From: Psychrobacter sp.
GTDB taxonomy: Bacteria > Pseudomonadota > Gammaproteobacteria > Pseudomonadales > Moraxellaceae
Assembly: GCA_030540615.1 (NCBI GenBank)
Contig: JAUNVX010000010.1
Location: 1 to 34,957, forward strand
Direction of reading: 5' to 3'
Length of the DNA: 34,957 nucleotides
Shown: one piece after another, positions 10,647 to 21,300 of the stretch
Position numbering within the stretch: the stretch's first letter is position 1
Layout of the letters: each line of letters starts with the position of its first letter
The notes under the pieces: generated by a model
The model's input: only the letters and a program-made list of their open reading frames with translations
What the model was told of the DNA's origin: nothing
The model's database searches: none
Program-made: the position numbers and the translations under genes

Positions 10647-12332
10647 TTAGTGTAAAAATTGACGAATGCCAGCCACTGCTACTGCCTCATGCTTTAATGC
10701 TTCTGCTATATCAGTAGGGGATAAGCCCCCTAATGCTATCACTGGCACCTCTGCTAATTGACTCAACTCAGCAAACCTACTCCAACCTAGAGCTTGCTGA
10801 TTAGGATGAGTTAGCGTCGGCAGCACGGGTGATATAAAAGCTGCCATAATGGGCACTTGATGATTATTGATACGCCATCGAGCCAGTAGATTGGCCGCGC
10901 GAACGCTCTTTTCATCATGACAGCTTACGATAATTGGCAACTTGATGGCCGAAGCTATTTGCTTACACACATGAAAGGCCAATAAAGTTTTATAGTCTCG
11001 AAGGTCATTATCTAGCGGGTCATCGTTTTGGTTAATATAATTTTGATTGTCATCATTTTGATTAGTGTCACTGCTCTCATTAAGCTGTAACCCAGCGACT
11101 AAAGCCAATAAAGACTGGTGGGTTAAATGCTGCGCGGCAATTTGCCCTAGAGCAATGAGAGGATTCAACAAGTCATTATAAGTATCTAAATAAGGTTTGA
11201 TACACTCATCAAAACAAGCTTTAACCAAGCGTTCAGGCATTCGTTCCTTATCGTGATTCATCATTATCGATTGGGCAGAATATTTAGGCTCTGCCTTAAA
11301 TAAGTTAGTTAAGAAGTTATCTAAAAGCTCGTTCAAGAAAGTGTCTAATAGCGTATCTAAGGCAATAGAGACAATGCCTTTAATATCTGCTCGTTGCTGC
11401 AGCAGTGCAGTGCTGGCCTTTAAAGTTGACGCTAGCTCTAATAAAGCTTGTTGCTGGCAGTTAAGAGCCCTTTTTTGCTTACCATCTAAGTTGCTCTTTA
11501 AATCGTTATAAGAGTCGTTATCTCCGATAGTGCTTTCACTCAAAATCGCAGCTGATATGTTAGAAGCAACTGATAAACCCATTTGCTCAGGCTCGGTTAA
11601 CCTTGATAGCTGTGGCCGCAGATAAACCCAAGCCTCTTGAGGTAAATGGGCCGCATGATAGTCGACCCAATCCTGTCTCACGCGCTCTTGTTCATCTAGT
11701 TGCATAAAATGACTGAGCGCTTGGGTAATACAGACCGTTTCAGGTAGCTTTAACCAAGTTAAGATGGGTAAATTGGCATCAGGTAAAGGGTAGCAACCTG
11801 CCAATAAATCCAATTGATTGACCCAAATAATTGGTTGGCCCTCTAGTCCATAGTCACGCGTTGAAAAGTCACCAAACTGAGGGAGAGACAAACTCACTCG
11901 GTAGACGTGCAGGTGAACTCTTTTGCCTGCGGGTTGGGAGATTTTGCTGACTTCTTTACTGCCCTTTTCAGTTGACTGCTCGCTGGGCAGGGTGTCAGGT
12001 TGGTCGGCATAAAAATGCTCAATACGGCCAAGCTTGGTTAACTGCTCAATCTGCAGCTCAAGACCTAACTCCTCTTTGACTTCCCGCAGCAACGCTGACT
12101 TTGCTTGCTCGCCTGATTCTATTTTGCCTCCCACAAACTCAAATTTATCGCCCTGATGCTGATGCGCCTGACGCCGAGCCAATAAATACTTGTCCTTAAA
12201 TACAATAACCGCAATGGCCACTTCAATCTCGGTAATTAAGGAAAAAGGTGGTGATGCGTTGGTTGAGTGCATGTCATCACCCAAGTGCTCATCAGCTTGG
12301 CAATTAGGATAATCAGGTTGAGTGGACATCAT
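10647..12332 (-). CDS. mutT: NUDIX hydrolase (MutT-like) fused to a thiamine-phosphate-synthase-like (TMP-TENI) domain
   Basis: Nudix box FVGGKIESGE...ALLREVKEELG, HQGD..EF and GLEGQ. C-terminal SCHD...SPVLPTLTHP...LGW...PVIALGG...AGIR. AAGGAG lies upstream. Confidence 0.85.
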   Translation of the reverse strand: MMSTQPDYPNCQADEHLGDDMHSTNASPPFSLITEIEVAIAVIVFKDKYLLARRQAHQHQGDKFEFVGGKIESGEQAKSALLREVKEELGLELQIEQLTKLGRIEHFYADQPDTLPSEQSTEKGSKEVSKISQPAGKRVHLHVYRVSLSLPQFGDFSTRDYGLEGQPIIWVNQLDLLAGCYPLPDANLPILTWLKLPETVCITQALSHFMQLDEQERVRQDWVDYHAAHLPQEAWVYLRPQLSRLTEPEQMGLSVASNISAAILSESTIGDNDSYNDLKSNLDGKQKRALNCQQQALLELASTLKASTALLQQRADIKGIVSIALDTLLDTFLNELLDNFLTNLFKAEPKYSAQSIMMNHDKERMPERLVKACFDECIKPYLDTYNDLLNPLIALGQIAAQHLTHQSLLALVAGLQLNESSDTNQNDDNQNYINQNDDPLDNDLRDYKTLLAFHVCKQIASAIKLPIIVSCHDEKSVRAANLLARWRINNHQVPIMAAFISPVLPTLTHPNQQALGWSRFAELSQLAEVPVIALGGLSPTDIAEALKHEAVAVAGIRQFLH

Positions 12333-12674
12333 GCCAAGGTAACTCCTTTAGCTAAGGGATTTTAGAGATATAGGTTATCTTATTTTACAAAGACAGGTTA
12401 TCTCATAAAGATAAGATAAAAATAGGTCAATGGTTAATAATGGCCCTTATGTAGATGGAGTGCCAGCAAAAGCTTTGCGCTTCACCCCAGCTCTAGTATC
12501 GTAAGCTATGGTCGCTATGAGTTGATTTTTCTAAATCTGTATTAATTTATTCAAAACGTCCGTTATCAGCATAATCATTATATCAGTCAGCATTTAGGCT
12601 GCTAAAAATTACCCTTTAACCACTTCCTATTTACATAAACTTACATTATTTAGCTCAATTATGCCTCAAAAAAC

Positions 12675-12703
12675 TTGCAATCAATTCAAATGTAAATGAT
12701 AAT
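12675..12703 (+). promoter_or_regulatory. sigma70 promoter of hemP
   Basis: TTGCAA (12675-12680), 17-bp spacer, GATAAT (12698-12703). Confidence 0.7.
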
Positions 12704-12710
12704 TATTATC
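12692..12710 (+). promoter_or_regulatory. Fur box
   Basis: GTAAATGATAATTATTATC matches GATAATGATAATCATTATC at 16/19 positions, overlaps the -10 element and precedes hemP. Confidence 0.85.
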
Positions 12711-12822
12711 GTTAACTAAAGTTAAGTTAGTACTGCTAGCAAGTTACTTAAACCTAGCCAATTAAAGCCACTTAGTTATTTTTAGCCTCAACAGTCGCCG
12801 CCCAAAAAACAAGGAGTATATT

Positions 12823-12987
12823 ATGAGCATGGTCATTTCTCGCTATTTAAACTGCCGTGAAAACCGCCTTCCCACCCTTCAGTCAGAGCATTTATTTGCC
12901 TTAACCAAAGAAGTACGAATTGAGCATAACGGTGAAGAGTATCGTTTAAGACTAACCCGCAACGATCGTCTTATTTTGACCAAGTAG
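12823..12987 (+). CDS. hemP: Hemin uptake protein HemP (54 aa; absent from the ORF track)
   Basis: My translation: MSMVISRYLNCRENRLPTLQSEHLFALTKEVRIEHNGEEYRLRLTRNDRLILTK*, carrying the S..LF...EV.I.H.G..Y.LR.T....LILTK HemP signature. AAGGAG at 12811-12816, Fur box upstream, terminator downstream. Confidence 0.93.
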   Translation: MSMVISRYLNCRENRLPTLQSEHLFALTKEVRIEHNGEEYRLRLTRNDRLILTK

Positions 12988-13043
12988 CAATTCTTAACCA
13001 AGTAACAATCCTTTTTATTCATTTTATCTTTAGCTAATCTCTA

Positions 13044-13077
13044 TCAAAAAAACGCCTCTATTGAGGCGTTTTTTTGA
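13044..13077. terminator. Bidirectional intrinsic terminator between hemP and tamB
   Basis: tcaaaaaaacgcctc-tatt-gaggcgtttttttga, a perfect inverted repeat with A/T tracts on both sides, between convergent genes. Confidence 0.92.
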
Positions 13078-13097
13078 GTTGTCTTGAGCCATCAAAC

Positions 13098-16000
13098 TTA
13101 AAACTGCCAGCTGTAAACCACGTCCACCACATTTTCAGCCGCAGAAGTGGCTTCAACATAGACGCGTTTGGTCAATTGATAGCGTACTGACAAGCTGTTT
13201 TGAGCATTGAATACCCCCACTCCATATCGAATGTATAAATCAGGGGTAATATAGCCTGTGACGTTAACATTGGTATCATCACTGTTGCCAGAGGCATCAA
13301 CCGTCAAGCTTTGCAGCCCAAAGGCACGGCCAATCTCGTTGGTCAAGCTGCGCGTGCCACTGAGACCAAAGCTCAATCCTGCTGCTGCTAGGTTATTAGT
13401 GACCTCAGATTTGAAGCCCTGCTCGCTCACTTGAGCGCCACTTGGGTTGCCAATGCGGCCTGTCACCAGAGCATTCATCGCTTGTTGCTGCGTCAGTCCT
13501 GCATTATTAAAGACAATAATATTTGGGTTGGCTGTATTGCCTTTGACCCGAACACCCACATCCTTGCCTTCAATCTTTTTGACGGCCTCAATACTCAGAT
13601 TGGGTTTGCGAATATCGCCATTAAAGCGAATTTGCGCATAGTTAAGCTCCAAGCTTTGACCAAAGGCATCAATGTTGGTACGTCGTGAGACTTGTACAAC
13701 GCCTAACCCTTGCATGATACCTTGGCCGCTTTGCTTCACCTCTAAGGCTCCTGCTAAAGGCAACACCGCACCAAAGCCTCTGAAGATGACATCATCGCCT
13801 AAATCGACACCAATATTGGCATTGATAGACCAAGGTTTGGAGACTGCTAATACTTCATCCAGATTGCCAATGAGACGTCGATCTAACACCACCACATCCT
13901 CAGATTGGGTGATAATGTCTTCACTGGCTTCAGGAGGCCGAATAGTAGCACTTGGAACACTCACTGCGCCCTCGACCTTAACGTAGCGCTCTGAGGGCCG
14001 AACGATAATATCGATATCGGGACTGACTTGTGCGACCAACAAAGGCGGTTGAGTGATCACCAATCGATCTCCAACGATACCAATCTTGGCTTGAAGCTGC
14101 TGTTGCCAGTTGATAGTTCCGTCTATTTTTCCTTTACCACTACCGCTATTAAAGCTACCGTCAATGACGGCTTCATTGCCGCGAATCTTGGCAGTCGCAT
14201 TCAGATTGGTGAAGTTAATAGGCACATCGAGTAGAGCAATTCGGCCATTTTTGAGAGCAACGTTGCCATAAAAGTCAGGCTTGGTTAAAGTGCCGCCCAG
14301 ACCGCCTGCCATAGTAATGTTACCTTCTAGCACCCGCATCCCGGGGAAGAAAGGCTTAAAGATGGCTAAGTTAATTTCATTCACGACCAAAGCACCAGAG
14401 ATGGGCTTAGGCGATTTATAGGGGTCCACCACCACCTCTGCATAGCCACGGCCCCCGCGGCCTGTATTGATATCGGCCCGTAACTTGAGACCCTCTGCTA
14501 CCGACATGGCAATCACAGAGATACGCTCATAAGTCACGGTCACAGGACGGCTATCTCCATCTTGAATCAGACCAATTTTGCCGTTGTCAGAGTATAAAGT
14601 GGTATTAATACTAGGCGGCTTACCTTTTTGCCAACCCACCAAGGCTTTACCATTGATTTTGGCATGCCAGTCTAAATCTTTTGGCATAAATGGCGCGAGC
14701 AAGGAGGTGTCAATATTTTGAATGGTGAGGTCGAGCTGACCTTTATCCGCTGAGGCCAACAGGTTCTCGCGTAAGCATAATTTGCCTGATTGGTCGCCTG
14801 CTCCCCAGCAGTGAGCCGCTAATTTAATCTGCGCTGGGGTCGATTGGCCTTGGGCAGTTTTGGACAATGTCGCTACCAGCTCTGCTGGTTGCAACTGCAC
14901 CAAGGTCGCGTATTTAGAGGTGACTTTACCCTTGCCTAACAGTCCTGACCAGCGCATATTATTGCGATTAAACCCGCCTTTTACTAGAGCGGACACACTA
15001 CCCTTATCCATTCCAAGTGAGACACTAAGAACATGGTCTTGCTCAGTACCATTAAACACGGCGTTGAGCTTGTCAAAGCTTCGCCCCGCTATATCTAACC
15101 CCTCAGCACTAATCACAAGCTGGCTAGGACTGGTGGCCATGTTGACAATTTTGCCGCGGATACGGCCCTGACGCAGCAGCAAGCTTGGGAATGCCATCCT
15201 CTCACCTACCAAATCGATATAAAGCGTCGGAAGGGCTTGGTTGGACGGCTGCATCACGGTAACGCCGCCCGCCACTTTACCGGCTAACTTATCAGATAAT
15301 TGGTCTAAGCTGGTGATATTGACCTTAGCTGAGAGCTGCTTTGCATCACCATTGGCGGTGATATAATTGTCGCCCCATTTCAGGATTAAGTTATTGGCAT
15401 TTAATTGCTCAATCAAGGCGTTCACTTGCTGATATTGAGCACTGCTGTCTTGCGATTTTAGCTTGGCGAAATAACTATTGATATCTTTGGGAAGTTTTAA
15501 TTTAGCATTGAGGCTACCTACGGCGCTTAAAGGCTGACCTTTTAGCGTTCCCGTTAGGTTCATCTGATTAAGATTAATCACTTGCTCAGTATCACCCCAA
15601 CGGCCATCAGTTTGGACCCTACCAGTGATATTGCTCGGCATGTCAGCGGCAAAGTAGCCTAGATTGAAGCGCTGCATATTGGCAGTGATGTCCCAAGCAA
15701 TCCCTTTTCGAACATCGATTTTGCCAGTAGCATCAATGCTGCCCGCATCTCCCACATGGCGAAAACGTTTTACGGTAATCAGTTGAGCATTGCCACTGGC
15801 ATCAATGGTCAGCTTACCAGCGGGTAATTTGGCCGTGTCTAAGACGCCATCAAACTTAAGACTAAAGTCGCCTAATCTGCCGGCAGGCTTTGTTGGCTGC
15901 GCGGTCTTGCCAGATTGACTGGTTTTAACTGTTTGATTGGTCTTGGCTGCTTGGCTATTCACAATCCAGCGACCTGTCGTGCTAAGATCACCCGTCAAAA

Positions 16001-18188
16001 TAGCAGGGTTGTCAGGAACAAAATAACCGACATTGAACTGATCAAAGCGTCCGCTGACATCCCAAACGATATCACGGCGCAAATCAATCTCGCCTGCCAC
16101 ATTCATCTTACCGGCTTCACCACCATAACGCAGTTTTCGCACAAAGACATGGTTGGGCGTGCCATGAGCATCTACTGAGATGTCCCCTGTCGGAACATCT
16201 TTGGTTTTGACTTGACCGTCAAAGCGCGCATCAAAATCAGTAATATTACCTGCGATTAAATCAATCTTGGCATCACCTGCACCCGTGACTCGAACATCTC
16301 GGTTGTCCTGACTGGCATCTAGCTTTATCTGTAAATCAGTTGAAGCGATGGTCACGTAATGACGTTGACCCGTCTGACGCGATTGGACTTTTTTGCCATT
16401 TTTGGTGGTGGTAATGACTTGAGTGATATCCACTAGGCGACCACTGGCATTGATATTACCTTGGAGACGTTGAACCGGTAAGCTTTGTTTATAAGCTTGC
16501 GGCAACAGCTCATTGGTCGTGGCATTGATTTGCCAAGTTAACGGTCGGTTTTTCCCGGCCAAGTGAATCTGACCTGTTCCCGTGAGATCCCCAATGATGC
16601 CCTTATAATTGACCTTAGTCAGATTAATAATATCGCCATTTTTGTTCATTTTTATATCATAAAAGCCTTTTGGCGCGGCATTTAACTCAGTGATATTGGC
16701 ATCAGCATCAACGCTCAATCGGCCATTTTGTACGATAACGTTAGCGCGGCCATCAGGGCTAATAATAGTGCCAACTTTCGGGATGTCATATCTGACCAGC
16801 GACTTCCAACTGGCGTTAATATACCAAGGAGCTTGCTGCTTTGACTTCGCAGGGCGTTTTCCCTGAACGATATTGGCAATTAAACGCTCACCATCTCGCT
16901 GATCCAAATCAACATCGATTTGCATATTGCCTTTGGCGTTTTTATTTTTGAATTTAAAGCCCAATTGACCATCTAATATTTTAGGGGCATAGGGCTTATA
17001 CTCATCATACTCGGCAGGGATAGCTTGGCGCAGAGCAAAGCTTCGTGAATTAGCCTTGAGGTCTGCGGTAAAAGGACCTGACCAATCTAATAACCCGTTA
17101 ACAGCCAATCTGCCCTCAGGCACATCTGCTAATAACTGCTCGATGTCCAGCTGACTATTGGCGACCACGCCTCGAGCTTGATAATGACCTGATGGGATGT
17201 CTTTGGCAGTGAGCTCTGAGTTGATTCGAAGTTGAATGTTTGAGGTGACCCCATTGGCAGTCAACAATCCAGATTTTAAATGGATGTTCTGAGAGTCAAG
17301 ATAAGGGATAGCAATGTCATCCCAGCTCAGCTTGGCCTGAAAAGGCGCTTTATCATCCAATCCTTGAGCGATGAACTCGCCGTTGACTTTAGACTCATTA
17401 TAGCGGCTAGTGACCCGGCCAACGGTACGCTTTAAAGTGCCCGCCACACTGACATTTAAGGGGTCGACATAGACTTTTTTGAGCGCACTGACAGTGACAA
17501 TAGCATCGGCATTTAAAGGATAATCACCAGATAATTCAATCTCACCCGATAGCTTATCAATTTTGACAATATCAGCATACTGTAGGTTGGCCTGACCAAT
17601 ATCGACCGTACTGCCGACCCAAGTTAAGTCAGTGGCATCGACATTAGTGACGATAATAGGCTCTTTGGTGACTTGCTTGTAATGGATACTGTCTATCTTG
17701 GCGTGATCAAAACGCAAATTGACTGGGAGCTTTAACGTTTTATAATCGTAAGGCTCCCCTGTTGGCGGCTTTCGATTGGTGACGTCTATTTGATGAATAT
17801 AGGCATCTCTTAAGTGGACCTCTTTGGAGAAAATCGCACGCCAGCCTATCTTAACGAAGGCTTGGTCAACATCCACATCGATATCTGTGGTAGCAGGAAT
17901 GTGAATGTCTTCAATCCAAATCCCATCTCTTAGATTGCCTTTGCCATATTTGAAGGATATGCCAGCCTCTTGACTGATCTTTTCTAAAAAAAACTTAGTA
18001 CCAGATTCGGTGCCTGCCATGTAATAAAAAATGGCAAACATGATGATAAGCACCACCAGCATTAGCATCATCAGCTTGAGCAAAAAGGACAACGGGAACC
18101 ATTGCCGAAGGGCTCTAGCATCTCGTTGAGCTGGATCTTCTGATGGATCTTTTGGCAGCTGTGGTGTATTACTCAACATGACTCTCAA
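13098..18188 (-). CDS. tamB: Translocation and assembly module TamB (DUF490)
   Basis: N-terminal TM anchor, long Gly/hydrophobic beta-repeat body, and a C-terminal DUF490 (AFGQSL, F.G....P.L.I.A, GYITPDLYIRYGVGVF, RYQLTKRVYVEA). Directly downstream of tamA. Alternative start at 18179. Confidence 0.94.
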   Translation of the reverse strand: MRVMLSNTPQLPKDPSEDPAQRDARALRQWFPLSFLLKLMMLMLVVLIIMFAIFYYMAGTESGTKFFLEKISQEAGISFKYGKGNLRDGIWIEDIHIPATTDIDVDVDQAFVKIGWRAIFSKEVHLRDAYIHQIDVTNRKPPTGEPYDYKTLKLPVNLRFDHAKIDSIHYKQVTKEPIIVTNVDATDLTWVGSTVDIGQANLQYADIVKIDKLSGEIELSGDYPLNADAIVTVSALKKVYVDPLNVSVAGTLKRTVGRVTSRYNESKVNGEFIAQGLDDKAPFQAKLSWDDIAIPYLDSQNIHLKSGLLTANGVTSNIQLRINSELTAKDIPSGHYQARGVVANSQLDIEQLLADVPEGRLAVNGLLDWSGPFTADLKANSRSFALRQAIPAEYDEYKPYAPKILDGQLGFKFKNKNAKGNMQIDVDLDQRDGERLIANIVQGKRPAKSKQQAPWYINASWKSLVRYDIPKVGTIISPDGRANVIVQNGRLSVDADANITELNAAPKGFYDIKMNKNGDIINLTKVNYKGIIGDLTGTGQIHLAGKNRPLTWQINATTNELLPQAYKQSLPVQRLQGNINASGRLVDITQVITTTKNGKKVQSRQTGQRHYVTIASTDLQIKLDASQDNRDVRVTGAGDAKIDLIAGNITDFDARFDGQVKTKDVPTGDISVDAHGTPNHVFVRKLRYGGEAGKMNVAGEIDLRRDIVWDVSGRFDQFNVGYFVPDNPAILTGDLSTTGRWIVNSQAAKTNQTVKTSQSGKTAQPTKPAGRLGDFSLKFDGVLDTAKLPAGKLTIDASGNAQLITVKRFRHVGDAGSIDATGKIDVRKGIAWDITANMQRFNLGYFAADMPSNITGRVQTDGRWGDTEQVINLNQMNLTGTLKGQPLSAVGSLNAKLKLPKDINSYFAKLKSQDSSAQYQQVNALIEQLNANNLILKWGDNYITANGDAKQLSAKVNITSLDQLSDKLAGKVAGGVTVMQPSNQALPTLYIDLVGERMAFPSLLLRQGRIRGKIVNMATSPSQLVISAEGLDIAGRSFDKLNAVFNGTEQDHVLSVSLGMDKGSVSALVKGGFNRNNMRWSGLLGKGKVTSKYATLVQLQPAELVATLSKTAQGQSTPAQIKLAAHCWGAGDQSGKLCLRENLLASADKGQLDLTIQNIDTSLLAPFMPKDLDWHAKINGKALVGWQKGKPPSINTTLYSDNGKIGLIQDGDSRPVTVTYERISVIAMSVAEGLKLRADINTGRGGRGYAEVVVDPYKSPKPISGALVVNEINLAIFKPFFPGMRVLEGNITMAGGLGGTLTKPDFYGNVALKNGRIALLDVPINFTNLNATAKIRGNEAVIDGSFNSGSGKGKIDGTINWQQQLQAKIGIVGDRLVITQPPLLVAQVSPDIDIIVRPSERYVKVEGAVSVPSATIRPPEASEDIITQSEDVVVLDRRLIGNLDEVLAVSKPWSINANIGVDLGDDVIFRGFGAVLPLAGALEVKQSGQGIMQGLGVVQVSRRTNIDAFGQSLELNYAQIRFNGDIRKPNLSIEAVKKIEGKDVGVRVKGNTANPNIIVFNNAGLTQQQAMNALVTGRIGNPSGAQVSEQGFKSEVTNNLAAAGLSFGLSGTRSLTNEIGRAFGLQSLTVDASGNSDDTNVNVTGYITPDLYIRYGVGVFNAQNSLSVRYQLTKRVYVEATSAAENVVDVVYSWQF

Positions 18189-18375
18189 ATTAACGATAAT
18201 AAAATAATAGTAACTAAACAGGAGCGGTCATAATTTGACCATCATAATAGAGTGGGCAAATTAAGATAAGTCATCATAACAACAAATGATAGCAATATAT
18301 CGCATTTCAATATATTTACCTATAGCCAACTCATAATTAGGATAGAACGCCTCCTGCCTAGCAGCATTCATGCTT

Positions 18376-21300
18376 TTATAGCGGCGATCCGATAAAGAAG
18401 TGCAAGCGAATCGGAATATCGTCTTTTTCTGTCACCCCAGCAGCCACATCAATGCGAACTACCCCAATAGGTGAGGCCCAGCGGATACCAGCACCTACCC
18501 CCACATTGGTGTCCGCCTTAAAGTCTTTGTCATAAGCATTGCCCACGTCAGCGAATACCGCCGCTCTAAACCCAGGTTTGAACTCATAGTTGTACTCAGC
18601 GCTACCCACTGCCAAGATTTGACCCCCTGTGAGATAGCCTTTTTCATTAACAGGGGACAAACTTTCGTAATCAAAACCGCGAATACTTTGGTCACCGCCT
18701 GCAAAAAAGCGCAATCGATAAGGCACTTGATAAAAATCATCCGCCCAAAGATAGCCCCCGGATAGCTTGCCTAACACTTGATGACGGTTGTCCTCACCAA
18801 AGGTATAGATTCCGTTGGCCCCCGCATGTAGCACCACCATATTCGTATCCGTCACGGCCCCTTTAGCGCCGGCTTCAATCCCATAGTACTGCCGCAAGCC
18901 TTTGGTCGGATTGGTGATATTGTCCACATCAAGCTTGCTAATACCATACCCTAGCAGTAAAGCTTGTTGGGTAGGGTTTGAAGAGGTAAATTGAACGGGA
19001 ATATCTTCACGCTCAGACTCAGGCAAGCTGGTCTCAAGCTTGTCCAAGCGATATCTTAGAGAATAAGTGCGATCCCAACCCGCCTCGGGGTGAATATTAC
19101 GAGCAAGCGAGGCCTTTAAGGTCTGAGTGGATAAATCAAAATTGCCTTTGAACTCATCACTTATCTTTTCTTCATAAGTGAGAGATGCGTCTAGAGTATC
19201 GTTAAGCGGATGCTTCCAAGGGCGCTTGGCATAGATTGTGGCGTTTTTATTGATGCGCGAAGCAGCCACTTCAAAGCCAGCTTGGTAACCATCACGATTA
19301 ATTAGATTGTAGTCCACTCGCGCGGTAGCCCTTATGCCTGTATCTGTGCCATAACCGATACCTGCCTGCGCATCTCGAGGCTTCTCTGAGGCCACATAGA
19401 CATAAAGAGGGATTTTTTTGCTTTGTTTAACCTCTTCTGGGGTTTGCCGATTGGCGAGTTTCTCAGGCCTTAAAGTCAAGTCCTCTTCTTGGCCATCAGG
19501 CAATATCTTTTTAGCGATACCGCTAATAGAGTCACTGATTTTGCCCAAAAGGTTTTTGGCCTTTTCATCTTTTTCATCCAAAACGCGATTATCAGGCAGT
19601 GAAGCCAATCTTTTTGCCTTTTGAGAGATGGCGGTCATCTTGTCATGAGTCTGCTCATCGACCTCAAAATTAATCGGGGCAATATCTTCTGCCGCTATCC
19701 TTGGTGCATTGGTGCGGTCAGTGTTGACGCTGTTATCTGAGCTAAGTGTCGCGCCATTAGAACTATCAGTAATGCCACTATCAGTATCGCTATTAATACC
19801 CTTATTTTTTGCGCCTGCCCTTAAAGCTGCCGCAGAAGCCTTTGACTCAGCAGAAACATTGACGTCATCTGCAAGATTTGCATTAGCTGCCAATGTCTCT
19901 TGCGATTGTTCATCACTGCCATCTACTGAGCTATCAAATGCCAATGTGCTTTGACTGGCTTTGGCGTCGGAGGGCATAATAACTTCGACGTTGACCGTGT
20001 TAAAGTATCGCGTTGCAGACAAATCATTGCTCAGCTTGGTCACCTTAGGACGGTAATAAGGGTCACCTTTATCAAAGCCTAATAGCTGCCGAAGCAGTTC
20101 AGGTTTAACCGGCAGCTTATCAGGGTCGGTGGTCAGCTCATTATTTTGGGCATCATAAGTAAAGAACACCACGTCATCAAACTCATAGCGGTCCCCCGTA
20201 TTATAAATAAGGTTCACATCCGCGGTATTGTCTGGCAGGATAATATCGACAGATTTGTTTAGCCAGTATTGGTCAAAGTAGCCAAGCTCACTACTAAGGG
20301 CCTCTAGCGTCGCTTTACTAGACTTATAAACCCCATGATTGAAGATATCGCCTTTTTGTGGCGGCAGAGCTGTCTCTAAAGCTTGATACTCTGGCGTCTC
20401 ACCGCCTGCCCCGCGTACATCTAATATTCGACTGTCTACGGTGACCGGCTCGCCTAACTTCTCAATGATGACGTCAATCTGGTCATCACTGGTTTTTTGC
20501 AGTCTAAGGGTCACATCATAATAGCCCACAGCTTTGGCAGCATTCAGCGCTGTTTGCCTCAGCCTAGGCAGCGCTGCTGTAAAGTCCTCTATCGATTGAA
20601 CGGTAATATCTTCAAGAGACGCCTTTATATTATTAATAGGCTGACTGTCATTATCGGCTTTGATGAGCTCAGCTGAGTCTGAGTCTGGTGAATTCTTTTC
20701 AAGATAAATACTGGCCTCTACCCGTGGCAAGGCACTATAACCGTCATTAAAGTATCTATTGTATAAGCGCTTAATGATATTGCCTTCATTACGAGCGCGC
20801 TTAGGCTTTGTGGCGGTACTGCTCTCTATACTATTAGCCACTGCATCGGTTTGGGTCGCTGCTTGATAATCAGGCAGATAGTCATCCGGGTTAATTCGGT
20901 CTTTATTGACGGCCGCTTTGGCAACTTGTGAGGACGATTGCCCTGCTTCTTTAGCCGCTTTTGTATAACTGTCGATTAGCTCTTCTTGATCTGCGGCTTT
21001 CACTTTGTTGCTGGCTTGATTGGCCAATAGCTTTTTTGGGTCAGCGCGGTCAGTGATATCCTCTGCTGTCGTCACCGAACCGCTACTGACAGAGTCTGAC
21101 ACCTCAATCGGCCGAGCAGCAATACTAGGGTCAAGACGCGGCTCATGGTCTAAACTTGAGCCTATACCTTTATCATTGCGGCTCTGAGTGACGTTATTAG
21201 CACTGACATTATTTTCATTATTTTTAGCATTAATATTTTTAACGTTATTATTCTTAGCATCCATGCTCTCAGCAACGATACTATTAGCATCAGTGCTTGG

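Noticed and set aside
12980-13010. Short duplication accaagtagcaat / accaagtaacaat at the hemP stop, as a possible att site
   Set aside because: No integrase or foreign DNA nearby; it fits local slippage.
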